Position numbers and translations under genes: made by a program
In this document: one piece after another, positions 37,473 through 48,092 of the stretch
Layout: each line of letters begins with the position of its first letter
Numbering within the stretch: position 1 is the first letter of the stretch
The notes under the pieces: model-generated
Seen by the model: the letters and a program-made list of their open reading frames with translations, nothing else
The model's database searches: none
What the model was told of the DNA's origin: nothing
NCBI GenBank assembly: GCA_963806185.1
Contig: CAWDXE010000001.1
Span: 32,001 to 96,000, forward strand
DNA length: 64,000 nucleotides
Direction: 5' to 3'
Source of the DNA: an uncultured candidate division Zixibacteria bacterium
GTDB lineage: Bacteria; Zixibacteria; MSB-5A5; GN15; FEB-12

Positions 37473-37898
37473 CTACGCCTTCCGCTCCTCCAATTCGATC
37501 AGCACCCCCCCCGCGCTCGACGGGTGCAAGAAGGCGATTCGATTTCCCTCCGCCCCAATTCGCGGTGACTGGTCGATCAGCTTCATGCCGGCAGACTTGA
37601 ATTCCATCAGCTTTGCTTCGATGTCATCCACATATATGCAGATGTGATGTAACCCCTCTCCTCGATTCGCAATGAAACGAGCAATCGGGCTGGTTGGATC
37701 AGTTGCGGAGATCAGTTCGATATTGCCGCCGGTCCCCCCGTGAGACTCATCCGTGGCCGAGAACACCGCCACTTTCACTTTCTGATCCGGCACGTCCTGA
37801 ATAAGGACAGGCGGTCGTCCCAGCAATCTCTCATAATTCCTGATCCCCACCTGCAGATCAGCCACCGCAATACCGATGTGGGAAAGGATATTCCGCAT
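37473..37898 (-). CDS. mce: Methylmalonyl-CoA epimerase
   Basis: HIGIAV, IEL, GEGLHHI, IAFLHP...GGVLIEL; operon context. Confidence 0.93.
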   Translation of the reverse strand: MRNILSHIGIAVADLQVGIRNYERLLGRPPVLIQDVPDQKVKVAVFSATDESHGGTGGNIELISATDPTSPIARFIANRGEGLHHICIYVDDIEAKLMEFKSAGMKLIDQSPRIGAEGNRIAFLHPSSAGGVLIELEERKA

Positions 37899-38452
37899 CA
37901 GGAACCGCTCCCGCCTTCATTTTCGGCTTCCGCCGCTGAGTCGGCTACTCGCTTAAGCGAATCGTATTGCCACTGCTGCGCCGGTATGGCCATGGTCGGC
38001 CGTATCCACCGACCCCGATGGAAATACATGGTGAATTCATCAGGGTAATGATACTCTGTACCGGTCACGCCAACCAGATAGGCATCAATACTGACTCGCG
38101 CCGAGTCACGACTAAATAATGTCACCTTCTTGGCTGTCAGCGATACCACCGAATCCGCTTCTATCTTACGGATCATTTCCTGCTGAAGGTACTCGTCAAA
38201 CGATATCTTGTCCTGGAAGTACTCGAACTCCTGATCGTACAGCACGGCCATGTCGCGTCGCTTCCATCGCGCGAGGGTCTCATCCAGCACCTGCTGGATC
38301 TGCGCACTGTCCGTGACGACTCCGCCCGTCGTCGTGTCGGACCGCGTGTTCGTTTCCTTCTTGTCCCCTCCGCAGCCTATCAACGAAGCTGCGCCGAACA
38401 TTACCAGAATGAAGCTGAATCGCCCGATCTTACCTATTGTCATGGTATTCAC
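37898..38452 (-). CDS. Putative lipoprotein
   Basis: Lipobox-like SLIGC after hydrophobic leader; embedded in the mutase operon. Confidence 0.7.
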   Translation of the reverse strand: MNTMTIGKIGRFSFILVMFGAASLIGCGGDKKETNTRSDTTTGGVVTDSAQIQQVLDETLARWKRRDMAVLYDQEFEYFQDKISFDEYLQQEMIRKIEADSVVSLTAKKVTLFSRDSARVSIDAYLVGVTGTEYHYPDEFTMYFHRGRWIRPTMAIPAQQWQYDSLKRVADSAAEAENEGGSGS

Positions 38453-40004
38453 CCCACACCTTTCGGAAAATATCTGCTATCTCACCTACGGTGACGTATG
38501 CCTCGACCGCTTCGAGTACCGGATACACGACGTTGCCGTTGCTCCGGCAGGTCCGTTCCAGATTCTTCATGGCGATGTCAACCTGGTCCGCCTTGCGCAC
38601 CGCCCTGACGTTTCTCACCGCGGTAATTTGCTGCGTCTCCAGTTGCGGGTCAACTTTGAGCACCTGCGGCACACTCGCTCCGGCCTGCACAAATCTGTTG
38701 ACCCCCACAATGATCCGCTCCTGCCGCTCGATCTCCATCTGATGTTCGTAGGCCGCCCGGGCGATTTCCTCCTTGAAGTATCCAGTCTCGACGCATCGAA
38801 TTGATCCACCCAAATGCTCGATCCGTCCCATGATCTCAAGCGCTTTCTTCTCAATCCCGTCTGTCAGAAATTCTATGAAATATGATCCGGCGAGAGGATC
38901 AACGGTATTGGTCGCACCCGACTCATGGGCCACAATCTGCTGGGTGCGAAGGGCGATTTCAGCTGATTTCTCAGTCGGCAGGGCCAGGGCCTCGTCATAG
39001 GCATTGGTGTGCAGCGACTGCGTCCCGCCCAGAACCGCCGCCAGCGCCTGGATGGTCGTGCGGACGATATTGTTCTCCGGCTGCTGGGCCGTCAGGGTCA
39101 CGCCACCAGTCTGGGTATGGAATCGCAATAGCATCGATCTCTCGTCTTTCACCGCAAACTGATCTCTCATGATACCCGCCCAGATTCGACGTGCCGCCCG
39201 GAATTTGGCGACTTCTTCAAAGAGGTCACTGTGGCAGGCGAAGAAGAACGACAAACGGGGTGCGAATTCATCGATCGCCAGACCGGCTTCGAGAGCCGCC
39301 TTAACATACGCCTTCGCGTTGGCGAGCGTAAAGGCAATCTCCTGCGCAGCAGTGGCGCCGGCCTCGCGAATATGATACCCCGAAATCGAAATCGTATTGT
39401 ACTTCGGCAGGTGTTCGTTGGCGTAGGCGAATATATCGGTGATGATTTTCATCGACGGTCCGGGTGGGAGTATATATGTCCCGCGAGCGATGAATTCTTT
39501 TAGAATGTCATTCTGAACGGTACCGCTGATTTGATCAGCCGGCACTCCCTGCTTCTTCGCCACTGTCACGTACATCGCCAGCAGGATGACCGCGGTCGAA
39601 TTGATTGTCATCGAGGTCGATACCTTGTCGAGCGGGATACCGTCGAAAAGCTGCTCCATGTCGGCCAGGGAATCGATTGCCACACCGGTGCGACCGACCT
39701 CGCCACGAGCCATCGGGTGATCGGAGTCGTACCCGATCTGCGTCGCCAGATCGAAGGCGACCGACAGACCGGTTTGACCGCGTTCCAGCAGATACTTGAA
39801 CCGTTGATTGGTTTCAGCTGCTGTGCCGAATCCGGCATATTGGCGCATCGTCCAGAGTCGACTGCGGTACATGTCGGGATAGACGCCGCGCGTATACGGG
39901 AATTCGCCCGGCTTGCCCAACTGCGCGAGATCGACCTTGTGGTCGTCTGCGCCAATAACGACCGGGATTTCAATTCCCGACGATGTCTTCACCGGCTTGG
40001 CCAT
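38430..40004 (-). CDS. Methylmalonyl-CoA mutase, substrate-binding large subunit (split type)
   Basis: [15 protein letters not shown] (Tyr), [11 protein letters not shown] (Arg), [17 protein letters not shown]; no B12 domain. Confidence 0.93.
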   Translation of the reverse strand: MAKPVKTSSGIEIPVVIGADDHKVDLAQLGKPGEFPYTRGVYPDMYRSRLWTMRQYAGFGTAAETNQRFKYLLERGQTGLSVAFDLATQIGYDSDHPMARGEVGRTGVAIDSLADMEQLFDGIPLDKVSTSMTINSTAVILLAMYVTVAKKQGVPADQISGTVQNDILKEFIARGTYILPPGPSMKIITDIFAYANEHLPKYNTISISGYHIREAGATAAQEIAFTLANAKAYVKAALEAGLAIDEFAPRLSFFFACHSDLFEEVAKFRAARRIWAGIMRDQFAVKDERSMLLRFHTQTGGVTLTAQQPENNIVRTTIQALAAVLGGTQSLHTNAYDEALALPTEKSAEIALRTQQIVAHESGATNTVDPLAGSYFIEFLTDGIEKKALEIMGRIEHLGGSIRCVETGYFKEEIARAAYEHQMEIERQERIIVGVNRFVQAGASVPQVLKVDPQLETQQITAVRNVRAVRKADQVDIAMKNLERTCRSNGNVVYPVLEAVEAYVTVGEIADIFRKVWGEYHDNR

Positions 40005-40516
40005 CAGGATAGCTCCAGCAGAGTGTCACCCTTTTCGACCGACTTCCCCTGATCGGCGATGATCGTCTTGACCGTGGCGTCCGCCTTGGCTTTGATGATA
40101 TTTTCCATCTTCATCGCCTCGATCACCACCAGCGGCTGACCTTTGACTATTTTGTCCCCCGGGGCGACTTTGATCGTGACCACCATTCCCGGCATGGGCG
40201 CCCTGACATACCGCTCGGCGCTCGGCCCGACGGCCGTCGCCGCCCGCTTGCGAATCTGCGCCAGATGATAATCCTCGACCGTCACCGGAATTTCCATCCC
40301 CCGCATGAACACGATCTTTTCGCCGTCGCCGCTGATTGTCCGCACATCTACCTCGTGCGATTCCTTGTTCACCAGCAACAGGAACCGGCTCTCGCCAAGC
40401 GAGTGTGCTTCGATGTCGAACTCCTTGCCGTCGACTTTCACCCGGTAGCGCTCGGATTGGTACTCCAGTTCAATATCAAAATCGCGACCCTCGACTGTCA
40501 CGTGATAGCGCGGCAT
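40004..40516 (-). CDS. Biotin carboxyl carrier subunit of acyl-CoA carboxylase
   Basis: APMPG, EAMKMEN. Confidence 0.95.
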   Translation of the reverse strand: MPRYHVTVEGRDFDIELEYQSERYRVKVDGKEFDIEAHSLGESRFLLLVNKESHEVDVRTISGDGEKIVFMRGMEIPVTVEDYHLAQIRKRAATAVGPSAERYVRAPMPGMVVTIKVAPGDKIVKGQPLVVIEAMKMENIIKAKADATVKTIIADQGKSVEKGDTLLELS

Positions 40517-42060
40517 CAGGCCTTTCCCCCGAAAGTGCGCAAACCTCGCTTGCGGTGAAAGCCGATCCAGTTAGATTGACCGTTTGAGGGAGTGGTTGAG
40601 GCGACCGTGATCTTTCGCTCATGCAGATATTTTTCAAGCGCCCCCGCTATGGCGGCCATGCGAGCATCATCCGGCTCGACCACGCGATACCGATTCTCTG
40701 GGTATTCTTCCTGAAGAAACCGCGTCGACAGGTCACCGGCGACAAAACGCGGATGGCGCAAGACCGTCTCGTGAAAACCAATAGTCGTTTTGACCCCCGA
40801 AACACGATACTCCTGCAAAGCGCGCAGACAGCGACTGATCGCCTCTTCGCGCGTTGTCCCCCAGACACACAATTTTGCGATCATCGGGTCGTAATAAATG
40901 GGAATCTCTGAGAATATGACCACACCCGAATCGACCCGCACGCCGGGTCCGGCGGGGATCCGGTAGTTCTTGAGCACACCGGTTGAAGGGATGAATCCTT
41001 CCTCGGGGTCCTCCGCATAGATGCGGCACTCGATAGCGTGGCCGCGCAGTACGATATCTTCCTGCTTGTACGGCAGTCTCTTCCCCTCGGCAATGAACAT
41101 CTGTTCTTTCACCAGGTCGAGACCGGTTACCATTTCTGTCACCGGATGTTCCACCTGAAGGCGGGTATTCACTTCGAGGAAATAGAAATTGCGGTTTTCA
41201 TCGACGAGAAATTCGCAGGTCCCCGCGCCGATATACCCGGACGACCGGGCGATATTTACCGCCGCCTGACCCATCTTAGCGCGCAGTTCTTCGGTCATGA
41301 TCGGCGACGGCGATTCTTCGATGACCTTCTGGTGCCGCCGCTGAATCGAACATTCGCGCTCGCCCAGATAGAGGCAGTTGCCATGCTGGTCGCAGAGGAT
41401 CTGAATTTCAATATGACGCGGCTTGAGCAGGTATTTTTCGATGAATACGCGGCCGTCGCCAAAAGCGGAGCGCGCCTCGTTGCCGGCCGACGTTACCGCC
41501 TCGCTGAACCCCTCCGGTGATTCGACCACCCGCATCCCTTTGCCGCCGCCGCCGGCCGCCGCTTTGACCAGAACGGGGAACCCGATCTTCCTGGAGAACT
41601 CCAGCGCCATGTCCAAGTGGCCGTCGGCAATTTCAATACCCGGCACAATCGGCAGACCGGCCTTGACCGCCATTGCGCGCGCCTGAAGTTTGTCGCCAAG
41701 CGCCGTGATCGTCTCCGGCTTGGGGCCGATGAAGATCAATCCGGCGTCGATCACTTTTTTGGCGAAGACGGCATTCTCGGACAGAAAGCCGTATCCCGGA
41801 TGGATTGCTTCTGCGCCGGTCTCTTTGGCGGCGTCGATGATTTTTTCGTGGACGAGATAGCTTTGCGACGATGGTGACGGCCCGATATGCACCGCCTCGT
41901 CGGCCATGCGGACATGGTAGGCGGTCTTGTCGCAGTCGGAATAGACGGCCACCGATCGGATGCCGAGATCGCGGCAGGCGCGCACAATGCGCACGGCAAT
42001 CTCGCCCCGATTGGCGATGAGGAGTTTGGTGATGGAGGTGGTCACGTTCGTGATGGTCAC
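40516..42060 (-). CDS. accC: Biotin carboxylase subunit (acetyl/propionyl-CoA carboxylase)
   Basis: ANRGEIA, HPGYGFLSEN, GGGGKGMR, RECSIQRRHQK, EVNTRLQVEH. Confidence 0.95.
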   Translation of the reverse strand: MTITNVTTSITKLLIANRGEIAVRIVRACRDLGIRSVAVYSDCDKTAYHVRMADEAVHIGPSPSSQSYLVHEKIIDAAKETGAEAIHPGYGFLSENAVFAKKVIDAGLIFIGPKPETITALGDKLQARAMAVKAGLPIVPGIEIADGHLDMALEFSRKIGFPVLVKAAAGGGGKGMRVVESPEGFSEAVTSAGNEARSAFGDGRVFIEKYLLKPRHIEIQILCDQHGNCLYLGERECSIQRRHQKVIEESPSPIMTEELRAKMGQAAVNIARSSGYIGAGTCEFLVDENRNFYFLEVNTRLQVEHPVTEMVTGLDLVKEQMFIAEGKRLPYKQEDIVLRGHAIECRIYAEDPEEGFIPSTGVLKNYRIPAGPGVRVDSGVVIFSEIPIYYDPMIAKLCVWGTTREEAISRCLRALQEYRVSGVKTTIGFHETVLRHPRFVAGDLSTRFLQEEYPENRYRVVEPDDARMAAIAGALEKYLHERKITVASTTPSNGQSNWIGFHRKRGLRTFGGKA

Positions 42061-42107
42061 TCTAAATTATATGTGGTCATGCGCCGGATCAACGCATCCG
42101 GTCGCCC

Positions 42108-43659
42108 CTACAACGGTATGTTCCCGTGCTTCTTCGGCGGGTTCTGATCCTTCTTCGACTCCAGCATTTCAAACGCCCGAATCAGGCGCGGGCGGGTTGT
42201 CTTCGGTTCGATAATATCATCCACATACCCGCGCGCCGCCGCCATAAACGGATTGGCGAACTTTTCGCGATATTCGTCCGTCAACTTCTGCGTCGCCGCC
42301 TCGCTGTCTTTCGCCTTGGCGATTTCTCTCTTGAAAATGATCTCCACCGCCCCCTTCGGTCCCATCACCGCAATCTCGGCGGTCGGCCAGGCATAATTCA
42401 TGTCGCCGCGTACATGCTTGGAATTCATGACGTCGTACGCGCCGCCATATGCCTTGCGCGTGATGACTGTCACTTTCGGCACGGTCGCTTCACAGTAGGC
42501 ATACAGCAATTTCGCGCCGTTGCGAATAATGCCGCCATGCTCCTGATCGACTCCCGGCATAAATCCCGGCACATCCTCGAATGTGAGCAATGGAATATTA
42601 AACGCATCGCAGAATCGGATAAACCGCGCCCCCTTGATCGACGAGTTGATATCCAGCACGCCGGCCAACACGGCCGGCTGATTGGCGATAATACCGATCG
42701 ACCGCCCCGCCAGCCGCGCAAAGCCGACGACGATATTCTGTGCGAAATCCTCGTGCACCTCGAAAAACGACCCGGTGTCCACCACCAGATTGATGACATC
42801 TTTGATATCGTACGGCTGGTTCGGATTTTCGGGGATGATATGATTCAGTTTCTGTTCTTCGCGGTCGGGCGGATCATTGATCACGATGGTCGGCGCCTCC
42901 TCGCAGTTGTTCTGCGGGATATATTCGATCAATCGCTTCACTCGCGCCATAGCGTCGGCCTCGTTTTCGCAGGCGAAATGCGCGACACCTGACTTGGAGG
43001 CATGAACGTTCGCGCCGCCCAGATCCTCGGAGGTCACCACTTCGTGCGTCACGGTCTTGACCACGTTGGGACCGGTCACGAACATGTACGACGTCCCTTT
43101 GGTCATCACGACAAAATCGGTGATCGCCGGGCTGTATACCGCGCCGCCCGCACACGGACCGAGAATGACCGAAATCTGCGGCACCACGCCCGACGCCAGC
43201 GTATTGAGCAGGAAGATGTCGGCATACCCGCCCGAGCGAGACGACGCCTTCCTGAATGCGCGCGCCGCCGGAGTCGTTGAGCCCGATCACCGGCGCTCCG
43301 ACCTTCATCGCCATTTCCATGATTTTGCAGATTTTTTCGGCGTGCGCTTCCGACAGCGAGCCGCCGAAGACGGTGAAATCCTGCGAGAAGATGAACACCA
43401 TCCGGCCATGGATCTTGCCGCAACCGGTGATGACCCCGTCACCAAGGACATTCTGCTCGTCCAGACCGAAGTCGGTCGACCGGTGGGTGACGAACATATC
43501 GAATTCTTCGAAGGAATTCGGGTCGACCAGCAGCTCGATCCGTTCGCGCGCGGTCAACTTCCCTTTTTTGTGCTGAGCGTCGATCCGGTCCTGTCCGCCG
43601 CCCAATTTCGCTTCGGACCGCATCGCTTCAAGATGGTTCAGTTTCTTTTCCAGCGACAC
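42108..43659 (-). CDS. pccB: Propionyl-CoA carboxylase carboxyltransferase (beta) subunit; one +1 frameshift near 43232
   Basis: [19 protein letters not shown] | [27 protein letters not shown]; removing one G restores LGGYAD. Confidence 0.92.
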
Positions 43660-43679
43660 GAGGTACCTCAGCGATGTGC

Positions 43680-44533
43680 TTAGGGTGAGCGCCGAATCCG
43701 ACAGGCTCGGCGACCAGTTTCTTGGCAGTTTCCTTTATCCGCGCAAACGGCATGGTGGTGTCATGATCGAACAGCAGAACGATCTCCTCCTGCAACACTC
43801 GCGGCAGAAGCGCGCGCTTGGCCTCCATTGAATCGAGCGGGAAAATATCGGTAGCCGGCACAAACGGCGTCCGCAGATGGTGAATGGTCGGATAGGTGTC
43901 GGCCGCATACAAGCGCCGTCACCCCTTCCGACGTCATCTCGATCACGTAGTGTCCCACCGAATGGCCACCGGTGAAAATCGCCCTGTATCCCGGGAAACA
44001 GCTCGAGTCGACCCTTCGATAAACTCCACCTGCCCCGCTTCATGCAACGGATGCAGACGCTCGGGGATATAGACGGCGCTGGTTCGTTCGTCCGGATGCA
44101 TGGCCGTCTCCCACTCTTTCTTCTCGATGATGTACTTGGCGCTGAGGAAAGCGCGGCACATAGTGGCCGTCGACCATCTTCACCGCCCCGCCGCAGTGAT
44201 CGGTGTGCAGATGCGTAAAGTATGACGTAGTCGATATCCGTCGGCTTCAAGCCGAGCGCCAATAAGCCGTCGATCCAGGTGTGACACGCCGTCGGTCCCG
44301 TAGATTTTCTTCTCGCGATCCGACAGCGTATCACCCAGGCCGATATCAAAGATCATATTCTTGCCGTGGGCTTTCAGGACAAAGAGGTTGACGGTCATCG
44401 GAATGAGATTGTTCTCATCGGCCGGCAGCATCTTGCCCCAGATCGATTTCGGTATCACCCCGAACATGGTACCGCCGTCGAGCCGGAACGGCTGCTCGAC
44501 AAACGTCTGAATTTCGAACTGACCGAATTTCAT
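43680..44533 (-). CDS. Metallo-beta-lactamase-fold hydrolase; several frameshifts, 3' end approximate
   Basis: [14 protein letters not shown]; split HxHxDH region; GHYV; ADTYPT; LFDHD pieces in different frames. Confidence 0.8.
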
Positions 44534-45682
44534 CTCCCGCCCAGAACATTCGCCGCGATAACCAGACGCTGGACCTCCGAGGTTCCCTCGTAGATTTCCA
44601 GGACGCGCTGGTCGCGGTACAGTTTCTCGATCGGTGAGAATTCGCCGATATACCCGTACCCGCCGTGAATCTGCATGGCGCGGTCGACACAGAAGCGGGC
44701 GGTTTCGGAGGCGTACAGCTTGGCCATGCGAGGCTTCCAGCGAAAACTTCTCGCCGCGATCCTGCATCAGGGCCGCCTTGTAGGTGAGACAGCGGGCCGC
44801 TTCGACACGGGTCGCCATGTCGGCGATCATCCACTGAATCGCCTGAAGTTTGGCGATCGGCTGGCCGAACGCATGACGCTTGTTGGCGTACCTGACTGAT
44901 TCGTCGAGCGCCCGCTGGGCGACGCCGACACCCTGGGCGGCCACACCGACGCGGGCGCAGTCGAGCGTCGCCATCGCATACCGGAACCCCTTGCCGATCT
45001 TCGCCGAGCAGATTTCTTCTTCGGGACTTTGACATCCTTGATGATAGATGCCGCCGGTCGTCGCCGCACGCATACCCATCTTGTTCTTGAGCGTCCGCTT
45101 ATCCCAGCCGGGCTGTTTGGTGTCGACAATCATGCGCCGACATCTTCGGCTTACCTTCGATCTTGCAGAACAGAACCGCCAGGTCGGCGACGTCGCCGTG
45201 CATGATGAAAATCTTCTCGCCGTTGACGATGGTAGTGATCGCCGTTTTCAGCCGCCACCGTCTTCTGGTTGGCGGCATCGGACCCGGCTTCCGGTTCGGT
45301 CAGCACAAAGGCCGGCACCCGCTTGCCGCTGGCGCAATCCGGGACATATTTCTTCTTCTGCTCTTCGTGGCCGAAATTGATAATCGGTGAGGTCGCCAGT
45401 TCCGCCACGGCGCACAACAAGCCGATCGCCGCGTCGTGGTAGCAGAGTTCTTCGATCAGCGTAATATATTCGAGATGGCTCTTGCCGCTGCCGCCGTATT
45501 CCTTCGGCATGGCGTAGCCGATAAACCCGGCCTGGCCGATCTTGCGATACAGTTCAATCGGGAACTTGCGGGGTTCGGGCATCCGATCCCAATTCTCGGA
45601 GACCGGATAGATTTCTTTCTCGGCGAAAACGGCGCACCTCGTCGCGCACCGCTTGCTGTTTCGGATCAACATTGTACGACAT
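44530..45682 (-). CDS. Acyl-CoA dehydrogenase; several frameshifts
   Basis: ATG 45682 after [51 protein letters not shown] in successive frames. Confidence 0.88.
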
Positions 45683-45729
45683 AATTCCTCAACCACTCCA
45701 TTGTATGTAAAAACGCAATGAATCGACTA

Positions 45730-46152
45730 TCATAATCTTTGCGTCGTCCGGCTTACGGCTGGCAACCGCCTCGTTTCAGAAACGCAATCGCCTCTTCGGT
45801 CGGTGCGCCGGGGGTAAATATTTTGGCGACCCCCATTTTCTCCAACTGCTCTTTGTCGTCCTCGGGAATGATCCCGCCGCCGAACAGAAGGATGTCCGAC
45901 GACTTTCCGTTTTTTCATCTCGTCGAGGATCGCCGGAAAGAGCGTCATGTGCGCGCCGGAGAGAATCGACACGCCGATGGCGTCGACATCTTCCTGAATG
46001 GCGGCATCGACGATCATTTCCGGGGTCTGGCGAAGACCGGTGTAGATGACTTCCATGCCGGCATCGCGAAACGCGGCGGCGATGACTTTGATCCCCCGGT
46101 CATGGCCGTCGAGTCCGGGTTTGGCAAGAAGTACACGAATTTTGCGTTGCAT
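45730..46152 (-). CDS. Cobalamin-binding small subunit of acyl-CoA mutase; frameshifted, 3' end approximate
   Basis: [18 protein letters not shown], then GGGIIPEDD...IFTPG in the next frame. Confidence 0.92.
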   Translation of the reverse strand: MQRKIRVLLAKPGLDGHDRGIKVIAAAFRDAGMEVIYTGLRQTPEMIVDAAIQEDVDAIGVSILSGAHMTLFPAILDEMKKRKVVGHPSVRRRDHSRGRQRAVGENGGRQNIYPRRTDRRGDCVSETRRLPAVSRTTQRL

Positions 46153-46212
46153 AGAGCCTATATTTCCAAATATCTCAAATCCACAGCCTAACGACGAACG
46201 AACTTACTCCCC

Positions 46213-47915
46213 CTACGACACCTGCATCGCGGCCTGGCTCTCGACATGCTCGCCCCACGTCTCGCGCAGAACATCGCACATCTCACCCACCGTCACATAC
46301 ACCCGCGACACAATCGAGAATCGCCTCAAACGTATTCCCCTTGCCGGCGGCTACTTTGCGAAGATGCTCAAGCGTCACCTGCACCTTGCCGTTGTCGCGC
46401 TCCGCCTTGATCTTCTTCAGAAACGCCACCTGGTCGCGCTCGACCGTTCGGGTCGATCTTGAGCACCGGAATTTCAATCTTCTCGTCGTCCATCACGAAA
46501 TCATTCACGCCGACCATGATCCGTTCCTTCGCCTCCAGCTCCTGCTGGTGACGATACGCCGACCGCGCCAGTCTCGCGCTGGAAATACCCGTCGTCGATA
46601 CACGGCAGCACGCCGCCGCGCCGTTCGATTTCGGCAAAAATCTTCTCCGCCTCGGCTTCCATCTGGTCGGTGAGCGCTTCGACGAAAGTACGATCCGGCC
46701 AGCGGATCGATCGTGTTGGCCACGCCGGTTTCATAGGCGATCACCTGCTGGGTGCGCAGGGCGATCAGGGCCGCCTTCTCCGACGGCAGCGCCAGCGTTT
46801 CATCCATCGAATTGGTGTGCAGGGACTGCGTCCCGCCTATCACGCCCGACAGCGCCTGAATGGCGGTTCGGACGATATTGTTCTCCGGCTGCTGAGCCGT
46901 AAGCGAACACCCGGCGGTCTGCGTGTGAAAACGGAGCATCCACGACCGCGGGTCTTTGGCCTTGTATTTGTCTCTCATCCGCTTGGCGTAAATCCGCCGC
47001 GCGGCACGATACTTGGCGATTTCTTCGAAGAAATCCGAATGCGCGTTGAAGAAGTACGACAGGCGCGGCGCGAAATCATCGACATTCTGCCCCGCCTCAA
47101 TGGCCGACTCGACATACTGGAACCCGTCGGCCAGCGTAAACGCCAGTTCCTGCACGGCGGTGGCGCCCGCTTCGCGGATATGGTAGCCGGAGATCGAAAT
47201 CGTGTTAAACTGCGGCACATGTTTGGTGCAGTAATCCATCATGTCGGTGATGAGCCGAATCGACGGCCGCGGCGGGAAGATGAATTCCTTCTGTGCGATA
47301 TACTCTTTCAGAATGTCGTTCTGGAGTGTGCCGCGCACCTGGTCGAACGGTACTCCCTGCTTTTCGGCGACCGCCAGGTACATGGCCAGCAGAATCGATG
47401 CCGGCGAGTTGATGGTCATCGAGGTCGACACTTTGGCCAGATCGATACCGCCGAAGATGATCTCCATGTCGGCCAGCGTGTCGACCGCCACGCCGCACTT
47501 GCCGACCTCGCCGAGCGACCGCGGATGGTCGGAATCGTACCCCATCAGGGTCGGCAGGTCAAAGGCGGTGGAAAGTCCGGTGCCGCCCTGTGCGAGGATG
47601 TATTTGAACCGTTCGTTGGTCTGTTTCGGATTCCCCATTCCGGCAAACTGGCGCATGGTCCAGAGTTTGGTCCGGTACATGGTGTGATGGAGGCCTCGGG
47701 TGTACGGAAATTCACCCGGTAGACCGATGTTGTCCCAATAGTACTGTTCGCGATCACTGTTCCTTAACCGACAACGGGGTATAGAGTTCGTCGATATCCA
47801 CCCCGGAGACGGTGAAGAATCGGGGAAGGGACTTTTTGGCCCGGCTTTTGGCGGCCGTCTTATCCCAAACAGCCAACCGTTCTTTGAGTCTGGTCAAAAA
47901 GGACTTCTCAAACAT
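46213..47915 (-). CDS. Isobutyryl-CoA mutase-type large subunit (IcmA-like); several frameshifts
   Basis: ATG 47915; [10 protein letters not shown] (Phe), [11 protein letters not shown] (Gln), [19 protein letters not shown]-terminus [14 protein letters not shown] ends at TAG 46213. Confidence 0.82.
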
Positions 47916-48092
47916 TGCGTGTATTCTCCCTTCGATATTAACCGTAATAGATAATAAAGGGTTGCCCCGAAAGCAAGTAAGCCGCCGCATCGCGGATCGT
48001 CCGCCCCCCTATCTTAACCAGCCAAAACCGCCTCGCGATTCGCGCCAATTTCATTGATATGCGTTACCCATTGATGATATACTGGAACCGAT

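Noticed and set aside
43225..47765. Programmed frameshifting or selenocysteine read-through (e.g. TGA at 47754)
   Set aside because: Too many scattered single-base insertions; the TGA disappears once the adjacent extra A is removed.
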